NCBI GenBank assembly: GCA_937915545.1 | Contig: CALGIJ010000021.1 | Span: 36,815-100,814, forward strand | Direction of reading: 5' to 3' | Origin: an uncultured Desulfobacterales bacterium | GTDB lineage: Bacteria > Desulfobacterota > Desulfobulbia > Desulfobulbales > Desulfocapsaceae | Length of the DNA: 64,000 bases | Shown: positions 38,563 through 47,183 of the stretch, piece after piece | How positions within the stretch are numbered: the stretch's first letter is position 1 | Layout: each line of letters opens with the position of its first letter | Made by a program: the position numbers and the translations under genes | The notes under the pieces: generated by a model | The model's input: only the letters and a program-made list of their open reading frames with translations | Databases searched by the model: none | What the model was told of the DNA's origin: nothing

Positions 38563-40209
38563 CTAGGCGCCGATGGAGCCGTTCTGCAGGGCGAGGATGC
38601 GGGTTCCGCACTCCATCTTATAGCTGTAATCGAGGCCATTGATGGAATGGAGATGCTCGTCGGTAAGGAAATGGGTGGTGCGGTAGTCGCGGATGATAGC
38701 TCCCTGGTGCATGACCACGGTGCGCTCGCTCAGCTCGCCGATAAAAAAGAGATCGTGGCTGATGAGGACCGTGGTCAGGTCGAGCTCGCCGAGGATGCCG
38801 AGGAGCAGCTCCTCGCCGTGGGGGTCGAGGCCGGCGGTGGGCTCGTCGAGAATGAGCACCTCCGGTTCCATGGCCAGGGCGGCGGCGATGGCCAGGCGCT
38901 TGCGCTCGCCGCCGCTCATGTTGAGCGGCACCTTGTCGGCGAAGCCCTCCAGTCTGACCCGGGTCAGGGACTCCTCGACGCGGCGCTGCAGTTCCGCGCC
39001 GCGCAGGCCAAGGCGTTGCGGGCCGAAGGCCACCTCCTCGCGGCAGGAGGGGTTGAACAGCTGGTCGGCGGCGTTCTGGAAAACGATGCCCACCCGCCGC
39101 CACAGCTCGCCGGGGCGGCCCCTGTTCGGCACCAGCTGCCCGTCGAAGAAGAAGTAGCCCTCGCCGCGCTGCAGGCCGAGCAGGCAGGCGGCCAAGGTCG
39201 ACTTGCCGGCACCGTTCTCGCCGACCAGGGCGAGGCGGTCCCCGCGATGCACGGCGAGGTTGACGTCATCCAGCCCCAGGGTGCCATCGGGATAGCGGAA
39301 ACTGTAGTGCTGCAGTTCGAGCAGGGGTGTCTGCACGGCGGCGGGCGGGGTGTGCTGCCGCCCGTCGCCGTGGTCGTGGGAGGGCAGATGGTGGCTGTGC
39401 CGCTGGCCGTCACCGTTGCTGTGGGAATGGTGATGGCCGCCGCAGCAGCTGAAGCGGAAAGTGAAGTCGAGGCCGTGCTCGCGCAAGTAAGCGGGCTGCG
39501 ACACCAGCTCGGCGAAGGAATAGTCGTGATGCACCTCGCCCTTACTCATCACCACCGCCCGCTGGCAGAGGTCGTAGAGGAAGAGCAGGTCGTGGTCGAT
39601 GACCAGCAGGGTGCCCTGATAGTCGCTGAGCAGCTCTTTGAAGACCTGCTCCTGGCGGGGGTCGAGGTTGGCGGTTGGCTCGTCGAGGATCAGCACCTCG
39701 GGTTCCATGGCCATGATGGCGGCGAAGGCGGCGCGCTTCTTCTGCCCGTAGCTGAGGTGGTGGGCCGGTTTGTAGCGCAGGGCGAGCAGGCCGACCTGCT
39801 GTAGGCAACGCACGACGCGGCGCTCGACCTCATCCTCGCCAAGGCCGAGGTTGAGCGGCCCGAAGGCCACGTCGTCGTTCAAGGTATTGCAGAACAGCTG
39901 GTCGTCCGGGTCCTGAAAGAGGACGCCCACCCGGGCCCGCTGCTGCGGCGAGAGCTCCCCCTGGAGCACCTGCCCGCGGCAGCGGATCTCGCCTTCGCCG
40001 CAGGGCAGCAGGCCGGCGAGGAGACGGACCAGGGTGGTCTTGCCTGAGCCATTGCGCCCCACCAGGGCAACGCGGTCCCCCCGGTACAGGCCCAGGGAGA
40101 CGTCGCGCAGGGCCTGGGTCCCATCGGGGTAGCGGTGCGAGACATGGTCGAGGCGGTAGAGCGGCTCCTCATGCAGCCGGCGGATAGTGTCGTCGCGGAT
40201 AAAGTGCAT
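38563..40209 (-). CDS. cbiO: Tandem (fused) ECF/CbiO-type ABC ATPase with a Cys/His-rich inter-domain linker
   Basis: Two complete ABC modules (GRNGSGKTTL...LSYGQKKR...LILDEPTANLD, and GENGAGKSTL...MSGGERKR...LILDEPTAGLD) joined by FSCCGGHHHSHSNGDGQRHSHHLPSHDHGDGRQH. Confidence 0.9.
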   Translation of the reverse strand: MHFIRDDTIRRLHEEPLYRLDHVSHRYPDGTQALRDVSLGLYRGDRVALVGRNGSGKTTLVRLLAGLLPCGEGEIRCRGQVLQGELSPQQRARVGVLFQDPDDQLFCNTLNDDVAFGPLNLGLGEDEVERRVVRCLQQVGLLALRYKPAHHLSYGQKKRAAFAAIMAMEPEVLILDEPTANLDPRQEQVFKELLSDYQGTLLVIDHDLLFLYDLCQRAVVMSKGEVHHDYSFAELVSQPAYLREHGLDFTFRFSCCGGHHHSHSNGDGQRHSHHLPSHDHGDGRQHTPPAAVQTPLLELQHYSFRYPDGTLGLDDVNLAVHRGDRLALVGENGAGKSTLAACLLGLQRGEGYFFFDGQLVPNRGRPGELWRRVGIVFQNAADQLFNPSCREEVAFGPQRLGLRGAELQRRVEESLTRVRLEGFADKVPLNMSGGERKRLAIAAALAMEPEVLILDEPTAGLDPHGEELLLGILGELDLTTVLISHDLFFIGELSERTVVMHQGAIIRDYRTTHFLTDEHLHSINGLDYSYKMECGTRILALQNGSIGA

Positions 40210-41126
40210 TACCAGGGGAGGAGGCGGAGGAGGTCGAGGGTGATGAGGGCGGCGCCCAGCATCACCCAGCAGAAGGTCTTGGCGTAATCTGACGCAGTGG
40301 CCGTAAAGGTTGCCGAAGAGGGAAAGGTGCCGCGGTAGCCGCGGCAGAGCATGGCCTCGTAGACGCGGCCGGTGCGCTCGAAGGAACGCACGAAGAGCAT
40401 GCCGAGGAAGTTGCCGACGGCGTTGGCGGTGGCAAGGTCGGTGGCCGGGACGAAGCCGCGGACCCGCATGGAGCGGTACATGCGGCTCATCTCGTGAAGG
40501 AAGACGAAGATGTAGCGGTGGCAGAGCAGCACCATGCGGCCGAGGGACTCGGGCACGCCGAGCCGGGCGCAGGCGGCCAGGGTCACCGTCAGCGGAGCGG
40601 TGGCAAAAAGCGGCTCCATGAGCAGGGCCACGGCAGAGGCCTTGCAGACGATGGTCAGAGCCAGCAGCAGGCCGCCGACATGAAAGGGCAGACCAGGCAG
40701 GCCGGGGAAATACAGCAACGTTTCCCCGGGGCGCGATGCCGCAGTAAAGGGGATGACCAGGAGCAGCATGAGAAGAAAGCCGCTCATCGCCAGCAGTCGT
40801 CGCAGGGCGCCGCGCATGGGGATGCGGCAGGCCAGAGCCGCCGCCAGGGAGATGGCGAGGGCCGCCAGCGCCAGGGCCAGGGAGGAGAGCGCGGCGGCGG
40901 CAAAGGCGAAGAGCAGCAGGCCGATCAGCTTGCAGCGCGCGTCCCAGCGGTGGAAAGAGGAGCTGCCGTGGCCATGGTCGTCGACGGCCGACACCGTCCA
41001 GTCGCTTTCGCCGTCACGCCGCCCCGCGCGAACGAAGCGGCGCAGGAGGAACAAGGCCAGCGCCAGCGGCAGAGCGACGGCGAGGGTCCCGCCCAGCGCC
41101 TGGACCCATGAGAGGTGAATCTCCAT
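40209..41126 (-). CDS. cbiQ: ECF transporter transmembrane (T) component CbiQ
   Basis: Multi-TM protein with the CbiQ-type C-terminal Arg-rich loops (MRVRGF...SFERTGRVYEAMLCRGY). One-nt TAATG overlap with cbiO. Confidence 0.85.
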   Translation of the reverse strand: MEIHLSWVQALGGTLAVALPLALALFLLRRFVRAGRRDGESDWTVSAVDDHGHGSSSFHRWDARCKLIGLLLFAFAAAALSSLALALAALAISLAAALACRIPMRGALRRLLAMSGFLLMLLLVIPFTAASRPGETLLYFPGLPGLPFHVGGLLLALTIVCKASAVALLMEPLFATAPLTVTLAACARLGVPESLGRMVLLCHRYIFVFLHEMSRMYRSMRVRGFVPATDLATANAVGNFLGMLFVRSFERTGRVYEAMLCRGYRGTFPSSATFTATASDYAKTFCWVMLGAALITLDLLRLLPW

Positions 41127-41134
41127 AGCCGCCC

Positions 41135-41746
41135 CTAGCGCCCAGGCCCTCCGCCTGCGAGCAGTTCCGGCTTGACGCGAAAGAGGAAGGTGACGGCAAA
41201 GGCCGACACCCCGGCCTCGATGAAGAACACCGGGATATGGGCAAGCAGGGCGATCTTGGCGACACCGAAGAAGTCCTCGCCGGCCAGGGCGAGGAGGGCG
41301 GCGAGGATCAGGGCCGCCAGCAGGGTGCCGAGGCCGCCGCAGACCGCCCCGGCGATGCCATGCCGCACCAGGGTGGTGCCGCGCAGGGTCTGGAAGAGCA
41401 GGCCGCAGAGCAGGGCTGGCAGGCCCATCATCAGGGTGTTGGCGCCGAGAGCCGTCAGCCCGCCGAACTGAAAGAGCAGCGACTGCAGAAAGAGCCCGAG
41501 GGCGATGGAGAGGAAAGAGGCCGGGCCAAGCAAGGCGCCGACCACTCCAGGAAGAATAAGATGGACGCTGGTCGGGCCGAAGGGCAGGTGCACCAAGGAG
41601 GCGACGAAAAACGACGAGGTGACCACGGCGATCTTGGGCAGTTCCTCGTTGCGCACCCTGCGCAGGCTCAGGGCGACCCCGGCCAACGACACCACGGCGG
41701 AGGCGAGGGTCACCGACATCGGCAGGACGCCATCGGAGATATGCAT
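41135..41746 (-). CDS. cbiM: Ni/Co ECF substrate-capture component CbiM/NikM
   Basis: Starts MHISDGVL, the conserved N-terminal Met-His metal-ligand motif of CbiM/NikM, followed by 6-7 TM helices. Confidence 0.9.
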   Translation of the reverse strand: MHISDGVLPMSVTLASAVVSLAGVALSLRRVRNEELPKIAVVTSSFFVASLVHLPFGPTSVHLILPGVVGALLGPASFLSIALGLFLQSLLFQFGGLTALGANTLMMGLPALLCGLLFQTLRGTTLVRHGIAGAVCGGLGTLLAALILAALLALAGEDFFGVAKIALLAHIPVFFIEAGVSAFAVTFLFRVKPELLAGGGPGR

Positions 41747-41750
41747 CGCC

Positions 41751-42095
41751 CTACTTCCCCCTGTCGCCGTCGCGGCGGCGCGAAGCGACATAGGCTGCCA
41801 CCCCGAAGATGCCGAGGATATAGCCGATGCCGCCAAGAATCTCACTCATCCCCGGCTCCTCTATCTGCTGGCTGAGGGCCGCCAAGTCGCGTTTCAGCTG
41901 CTTGAGCTCGCGGGAGGTGTGTTCCTCCTGGCGAACGAGAAGGGCGGCCAGATCGGCGCAGCTCTCGACCGGAGGCTGAGCGGCGGCGGGTTTCTCCTGC
42001 GCCGCCGCCGGCAAGGCAGGCAACAGCCAGCACAGCACCAGCAGCAGCGCCGCCTGCCATGACATGCGAGTGCATTTGCCTGTGATCATACTCAC
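41751..42095 (-). CDS. Small bitopic membrane protein, CbiN/NikL-like accessory component
   Basis: N-terminal signal/TM (WQAALLLVLCWLLPALPAAA), a coiled segment, and a C-terminal TM (ILGGIGYILGIFGVAAYVA). It lies directly upstream of cbiM, and its ATG overlaps the preceding stop. Confidence 0.6.
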   Translation of the reverse strand: MSMITGKCTRMSWQAALLLVLCWLLPALPAAAQEKPAAAQPPVESCADLAALLVRQEEHTSRELKQLKRDLAALSQQIEEPGMSEILGGIGYILGIFGVAAYVASRRRDGDRGK

Positions 42096-42430
42096 ATCTC
42101 CGTTTTTTTGAGAAGATAGCTCGCCTTATGGCCCATTGAAGCATTGACGACGATATTGAGATTGTCCTTGACCGCCGGCAGAGGGAAGGAAAAGCGCCCT
42201 TCGTGGTCGGTTTTCCCCTCAGCAACTTTGATCCCCGCCTTGTCGAAGACCTCGATGGCGCCTTCCTCGACCTTCCTGCCGTCGGGGAAATAGCTCTCGG
42301 TATAGACGGTGCCGTTTTCGACGTAGGCGAAGACATTGACCTTATGGGCCAGAGCCGGCGATTGCAGCAGGAGGAGTGTGGCAACCAGCGTCACCACTCC
42401 ACCCAACATCCGTAGAAATGAATCGTTCAT
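42092..42430 (-). CDS. Small periplasmic beta-sandwich-like protein of the Ni/Co uptake operon
   Basis: Signal peptide ending ALA-HK, then KVNVFAYVE...AEGKTDHEGRFSFPLP (carboxypeptidase-regulatory/transthyretin-like motif). Confidence 0.6.
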   Translation of the reverse strand: MNDSFLRMLGGVVTLVATLLLLQSPALAHKVNVFAYVENGTVYTESYFPDGRKVEEGAIEVFDKAGIKVAEGKTDHEGRFSFPLPAVKDNLNIVVNASMGHKASYLLKKTEM

Positions 42431-42440
42431 CGTGTAGCAC

Positions 42441-43244
42441 CTATTTTGGATCAATGTTATGTACCCAATACACGGCACCGATTTCAATGCCTTTCTCGAC
42501 ATCGTCCTTCTTCATTTTCCACGAGGCTTCGCTGAGGGCGGCAAAGCCCCACCAGCCGGCCTTCGGCATAGCATAGGAGAAGACGCCGTTGGCGTCGGTC
42601 TTGACCACCTGGGTGATATAGGGGTCGCTGGGCGGCTTGAGATGCCCTTTCTTGCCCGCGGCCGGGTTGAGATACTCCACCTCGACCGGAACATTTGCCG
42701 CCGGCTGCCCCTTGACCAGCACCTGACCGGTGAAGAGGTTGCCGGTCCACAGCCCGTAGGGGCGGCTCAGGGGGACGATCTCCGTTTCCAGGCCCACCGG
42801 CTGGTCCCAGCCCTCCTCGAGACCGAGGGCGTTGACGCACACCTTGGTGTAGTGGATGATGAAGACATCTTCGGCCGGCTCCCAGTACGGGGCCGGCTCG
42901 AGGAAGAAGGTGTAGTCACCGGGCCGCTTGATCTGGTAGTTGCCCTGCCAGTAGGTGAAGCTCTCCGTCTGCTCGGCGCTCTTGCCCTTTTGGGCGGCGA
43001 GCGAGGCCAGCAGGTCGGTTTTTTCTCCTCCTGCCATCACCCCGAACTGCCTGGGTTTTGCCATCTCCATATAGGGCCCCTCCATGGGGTGAATGAACTT
43101 CACCGCCAGACCGAGCTTCTTGTCATCGTCCTGGGTAACGATATCATCCGAGGGGGTAATGACGCCGAAATGGGCCAGGGCCTGCGTAGCGACGAAGAGC
43201 GAAGAGGCGGCGGCAAGGGCCACGACAGTAAAATTGTTACTCAT
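42441..43244 (-). CDS. Periplasmic DUF4198-type (NikK/CbiK-like) metal-binding component
   Basis: Signal peptide ending [11 protein letters not shown], with the N-terminal His after cleavage typical of DUF4198 Ni/Co binders. SD CAGGAG lies before ATG 43244. First gene of the operon. Confidence 0.75.
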   Translation of the reverse strand: MSNNFTVVALAAASSLFVATQALAHFGVITPSDDIVTQDDDKKLGLAVKFIHPMEGPYMEMAKPRQFGVMAGGEKTDLLASLAAQKGKSAEQTESFTYWQGNYQIKRPGDYTFFLEPAPYWEPAEDVFIIHYTKVCVNALGLEEGWDQPVGLETEIVPLSRPYGLWTGNLFTGQVLVKGQPAANVPVEVEYLNPAAGKKGHLKPPSDPYITQVVKTDANGVFSYAMPKAGWWGFAALSEASWKMKKDDVEKGIEIGAVYWVHNIDPK

Positions 43245-43910
43245 GGGAGTCTCCTGGGATTTATTGTTCAATTTCAAATACATTGCACAGCGGGAAAGCC
43301 AATTGCGACCAACTCATACGATATTTTTTCGTTTCGTGTGCGTACCATGCATGATATACATGCCCCTGTCAACGGTTTTCTCGACCGCTGCAGACCGGGC
43401 GCCAGCGAAGATTTCTCATATTTTCAACGAGCCAGGGAGAAAGCGGAGATGCGTTGCAGGCACATCACAGTGACCATCACCACCGGCCTGCTGATCCTCG
43501 CCAGGCTGCAACCGGCGCTGGCCAGCGACAAAGGAGAAGAGGCGGCAGCCGCGTTGCAGGAGCCTACCACCATCAACGGCACCATCGCGGAATTCTCCCC
43601 GAGAGCCGCCTGGCGGCTGTGGTCGGGGTAACACTCAGCGAAGGACTCGGAGGCAAGATCGAATCCGGCCACGACACCGATTACGGCAGTGCCGACGGCG
43701 TAGCGGCGAAGGGGCCGACGCGGTGACCGCGCAGCTTTCCGACGAATTTTCCTTCCCAAAATACTCCGTACCAGAGGCCCCCGCACAGGTCTCGCCCTCA
43801 TCGCCCCACCGGCCATGCGTCCCTTGCTGCGCATGACCGATGGGGCGGGCCTCTTCGTACCTCCCGGTGCAGCTTCGATTTTCCTTGACTTGATAATTAC
43901 AACAGGATTA

Positions 43911-43941
43911 CTGTAACACGGATTCGTTTTGAGTGTTACAG
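43911..43941. promoter_or_regulatory. Perfect 9-bp inverted repeat CTGTAACAC-N13-GTGTTACAG (candidate metalloregulator operator) next to a TTGACT -35-like box
   Basis: The exact palindrome lies 50 nt upstream of the FmdE-like gene. TTGACT is at 43885-43890. Confidence 0.45.
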
Positions 43942-43991
43942 GGCCTTGCGGCAAGGAGCGCAACATCGATTGCACACCCTCATGATTACAG

Positions 43992-44957
43992 ATGGATAAG
44001 TCCGAAGCTCTGCGAGCTATCCACCATGACCAGCTTGAGTATATCCAGAAGAACGTGGCAGTCGACTTCGACAATACTCGCCAGATGCCGCTTACCTTTC
44101 ACTACCGTGGCCGCAGGTATGCCGTTGAAGAAATTGTCTGCAGTTGCCGCACCAACCTGGAACACGCTACGGCAGGCTACCTCGTCCAGGTCCAGGGCGA
44201 TGAGGTTTTTTATCTTTACATGCAAGCCGAGCGTCTGGCCTTCCCGAAATCCATACAACCGGCGTTCTGGGTACTCTCCTTTCGCATCCACAATCGTAAT
44301 GAACTGATGACCTGGTTTACAGAGGAGCGCACAATGCTGGCCAATATCTCTCTCAAACGGGTCGTTGACTTTCACGGCCATATATGCCCAGAACTGGCGA
44401 TGGGGGGCAAGTTCTGCGAATTCGTGCAAGGTTTGATCAACAGCGGCGATATCCCCACCAGCGGCATCGCCATCGTTGCCGAGAACACCACCTCGGCGCT
44501 GGACGCCATCCAGATCTTGCTCGGCGCTACCGTCGGCAACCGCCGCCTGGCAGTCATGGATTTCGGCAAGCACAACTACACCGTCTTCAGCCGTCCTGCA
44601 AACAGAGGGTGGCGGCTTCGTCAAAAGGTGTTGCACTTCGGCGACGAGGAGAACTTTCAGGCGCTCGAGGAGAAGATCGCCAAAAACCTGGCATTGATCG
44701 AGGATGTCGTTCGTTTTCAGCAACTCATCGATGACCGGGTGCGAAGGCTCCTTGAGATTACCCCGCAGGAACTCTTCCTGATAGAGGAAGTGGCGCCCTC
44801 CCCCCCGCCACCGGAATCCGCCAGCACCTATCTGATCTGTTCCGCCTGCGGCGAACAGGTGCTGGCCGGTCACAGTATCAAGAGCCGGGAGGCGGTGCTC
44901 TGCCTGCCCTGCTACCAGAAGATGGCACTGGAAGTCAGCTCGCCTGCCATCCACTAA
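43992..44957 (+). CDS. FmdE-domain protein with a roughly 110-aa N-terminal extension and C-terminal zinc ribbon
   Basis: FHGHICPELAMGG is the FmdE signature. AIVAENTTSALDAIQILLGATVGNRRL follows. C-terminal CSACGE...CLPC. I did not recognise the N-terminal 110 aa. No clear SD. Confidence 0.8.
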   Translation: MDKSEALRAIHHDQLEYIQKNVAVDFDNTRQMPLTFHYRGRRYAVEEIVCSCRTNLEHATAGYLVQVQGDEVFYLYMQAERLAFPKSIQPAFWVLSFRIHNRNELMTWFTEERTMLANISLKRVVDFHGHICPELAMGGKFCEFVQGLINSGDIPTSGIAIVAENTTSALDAIQILLGATVGNRRLAVMDFGKHNYTVFSRPANRGWRLRQKVLHFGDEENFQALEEKIAKNLALIEDVVRFQQLIDDRVRRLLEITPQELFLIEEVAPSPPPPESASTYLICSACGEQVLAGHSIKSREAVLCLPCYQKMALEVSSPAIH

Positions 44958-44979
44958 CTTCTTTCCTAGGACCTTATTC

Positions 44980-45741
44980 ATGCACCGCACAATCCTCACC
45001 GCGCTGGCGGTGATGCACTTCGCGCTCTCGGCAGGGCCGCTGGCGGCGGTTGAAACCGACCAGATCAAAAAACCGCTGGCCGAATCGATCCGTATCCGCC
45101 AGACCACCCAGCAGGACGAAGAAAGATGGCGTGACGACAAAGAAAAATTATTAGCCCGCTATGATCAATTGACCGAAAGCAAAAAACACATGAGCGAGCG
45201 CCAGGCCGCCCTGGAAGAGCGGGTAAGCGGGGCCAAGGCTCGTATCGCCACGAAAGAAAAGGAACTTGCCGACAGCGAACGGTTGCAGCAGGAAATCACC
45301 CCGCTGATCCACAGCCTGACCGTCGAACTTCAGGAATTCGTCGCCGGCGACCTGCCCTTTCTCGCCGAGGAACGGGCCACGCGCCTGCGGCGCCTTGCTG
45401 AACTGCGCGACGACCCGGAAGTGAGCACCAGCGAAAAATTCCGCAAGGTCCTCGAAGCGATGCTGGTCGAGGTCGAGTACGGCAATACCATCGAGGTGAC
45501 CCGCGAGACCATTGCCTTGGAAGGCCGCGACACCCTGGTCGATATCTTCCGCCTTGGCAGGGTGGCCCTCTTTTTTCAGACCCTCGACCAGAAAAGCAGC
45601 GGTTATTACGATGTCGCCGCAGGGGCCTGGAAGCCCCTGGCCGAGGAGTATACCCGCGACCTGACCACGGCCATGGAGATCGGCGCTAAACGCCGCCCGG
45701 CGGAATTGCTGGCCCTGCCCCTGGGGAGGTTGCAACGATGA
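44980..45741 (+). CDS. DUF3450-family periplasmic coiled-coil protein (TonB2-system TtpB-like)
   Basis: Signal peptide, a long coiled coil, and a C-terminal region (VEVEYGNTIEV...VDIFRLGRVALFFQTLD) typical of DUF3450. First gene of the ExbB/ExbD/TonB cluster. Confidence 0.8.
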   Translation: MHRTILTALAVMHFALSAGPLAAVETDQIKKPLAESIRIRQTTQQDEERWRDDKEKLLARYDQLTESKKHMSERQAALEERVSGAKARIATKEKELADSERLQQEITPLIHSLTVELQEFVAGDLPFLAEERATRLRRLAELRDDPEVSTSEKFRKVLEAMLVEVEYGNTIEVTRETIALEGRDTLVDIFRLGRVALFFQTLDQKSSGYYDVAAGAWKPLAEEYTRDLTTAMEIGAKRRPAELLALPLGRLQR

Positions 45742-47183
45742 AATCTTCTCTAATTCTTCCCATCACTTTTGCCATACTCTTCACCCTGGGGGTCGGCGCC
45801 GCAAGCGAGGCTGCCGACGACATGCGCCGGCAGCAGGCCGAGGCCCGCGAGACCTTGCTGCAGCTCAAGGCCAAGGCTGCCGCCGAGGAAGAGGCGGCGA
45901 GAGAGGAGGCCGCGCAAAGCCGGGCAAAAATCGCCGCCGACCGTGCCGCCCTGGAACAGGCGGTGCGACAGCTGGAAGAGCAGACAGCCTCCCTGGAACG
46001 GAAGGTGAGCTCCCTCGACGAAGAGGAAAAGCGCCTGGCGGAACAGGAAAAAGGCCTCCTCGCCCAGCTTGCCGCCACCGACGCGATGGTCCGCGAGTTG
46101 GTCGGGGTGCTGCGCATCCACGCCAAGGACCTGCAAAGCCTCTTGGCCGGCAGCCTGCAGTCGGCCTTCGGCGACCAGGCCGGCCCGGCGCTTTCGGCAA
46201 TCGCCGAGCAAGCGCAGTTCCCCGGGATGGAGGAGATCGCCGCCATGAATGCCGCCCTGCGCCGGCAACTTGGTGATGGCGGCGCGGTGCGTATTACCAG
46301 GGGGCCGATCGTCGACCGCTCTGGCAACGCCGTGGACGCGGAAATTCTCGTCCTCGGCAATTTCACCGCCGCGTATCGCCTCGGAGACGAAGTCGGCTTT
46401 CTCAACTACTCCCCTGCCGGCAGGAAGCTCTTCGCCCTCTCCCGCCTGCCCTCACGGGCCCAGCAGAAGATGATCCGCGACTATATGGACGGCAAGAGCG
46501 AGGCGGTGGTGATCGATGTCACCCGGGGCGCCGCCCTTGGCCAGATGACCCGCACCCCGACCTTCTGGCAGCAGGTGCAAAGCGGCGGCCCTCTGGTCTG
46601 GCCGATTCTCGCCATTTTTGCGATCGCCTCTCTGCTCATCGCCGAGCGCCTGGTCTTTTTGTTGAGAAACCGGCAGAACGCTCATCTCCTCTTCGAAAGC
46701 CTGGCGGCCATGGCGGAGCGGGGAGACTGGCAGGCTTGCCGCGACCAGTGCTTCAAGCTGGCTGGCAAGCCCCTGGCGCGGGTACTCGCCGCCGGCATCG
46801 ATCATTGCCAGGGTGGTCGCGACCTCATGGAGAATGGCCTGCAGGAGGCTATTCTCAGGGAAATTCCGCCGATGGAACGATTTCTCTCCAGCCTGGCCAT
46901 GCTCGCCGCCATCGCCCCGCTCCTCGGCCTGCTCGGCACGGTGACGGGCATGATCGACACCTTTCACGTCATCACCCAATACGGTACCGGCGACCCGCGG
47001 ATGATGTCCGGCGGCATCTCGGTGGCCCTGGTCACCACCATGCTCGGCCTGGGGGTGGCCATTCCCATCATGCTCGTCCATACCCTGCTCAGCCGGGCGG
47101 TGGACAATCGCATCGCCGAACTCGAGGAAAAGGCGGTGGCCCTGGTCAACCTCCGCTTCAGCAAAGGCCATGGTTCCTGTTGA
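45738..47183 (+). CDS. Large MotA/TolQ/ExbB-family proton-channel protein (TtpC-like)
   Basis: Signal peptide plus a roughly 280-aa periplasmic coiled region, then three TM helices with the ExbB signature (APLLGLLGTVTGMIDTF...GGISVALVTTMLGL). Confidence 0.85.
   Translation: MKSSLILPITFAILFTLGVGAASEAADDMRRQQAEARETLLQLKAKAAAEEEAAREEAAQSRAKIAADRAALEQAVRQLEEQTASLERKVSSLDEEEKRLAEQEKGLLAQLAATDAMVRELVGVLRIHAKDLQSLLAGSLQSAFGDQAGPALSAIAEQAQFPGMEEIAAMNAALRRQLGDGGAVRITRGPIVDRSGNAVDAEILVLGNFTAAYRLGDEVGFLNYSPAGRKLFALSRLPSRAQQKMIRDYMDGKSEAVVIDVTRGAALGQMTRTPTFWQQVQSGGPLVWPILAIFAIASLLIAERLVFLLRNRQNAHLLFESLAAMAERGDWQACRDQCFKLAGKPLARVLAAGIDHCQGGRDLMENGLQEAILREIPPMERFLSSLAMLAAIAPLLGLLGTVTGMIDTFHVITQYGTGDPRMMSGGISVALVTTMLGLGVAIPIMLVHTLLSRAVDNRIAELEEKAVALVNLRFSKGHGSC

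Noticed and set aside
43621-43900. Cobalamin (B12) riboswitch in the leader of the cbiM/cbiQ/cbiO operon (minus strand).
   Set aside because: I read the minus strand and found only loose resemblances (GAGACCTGTGC, GGGAAGG). There is no GCCACTG core, no AAxAGGGAA start and no proper B12 box. This needs Infernal to be sure.
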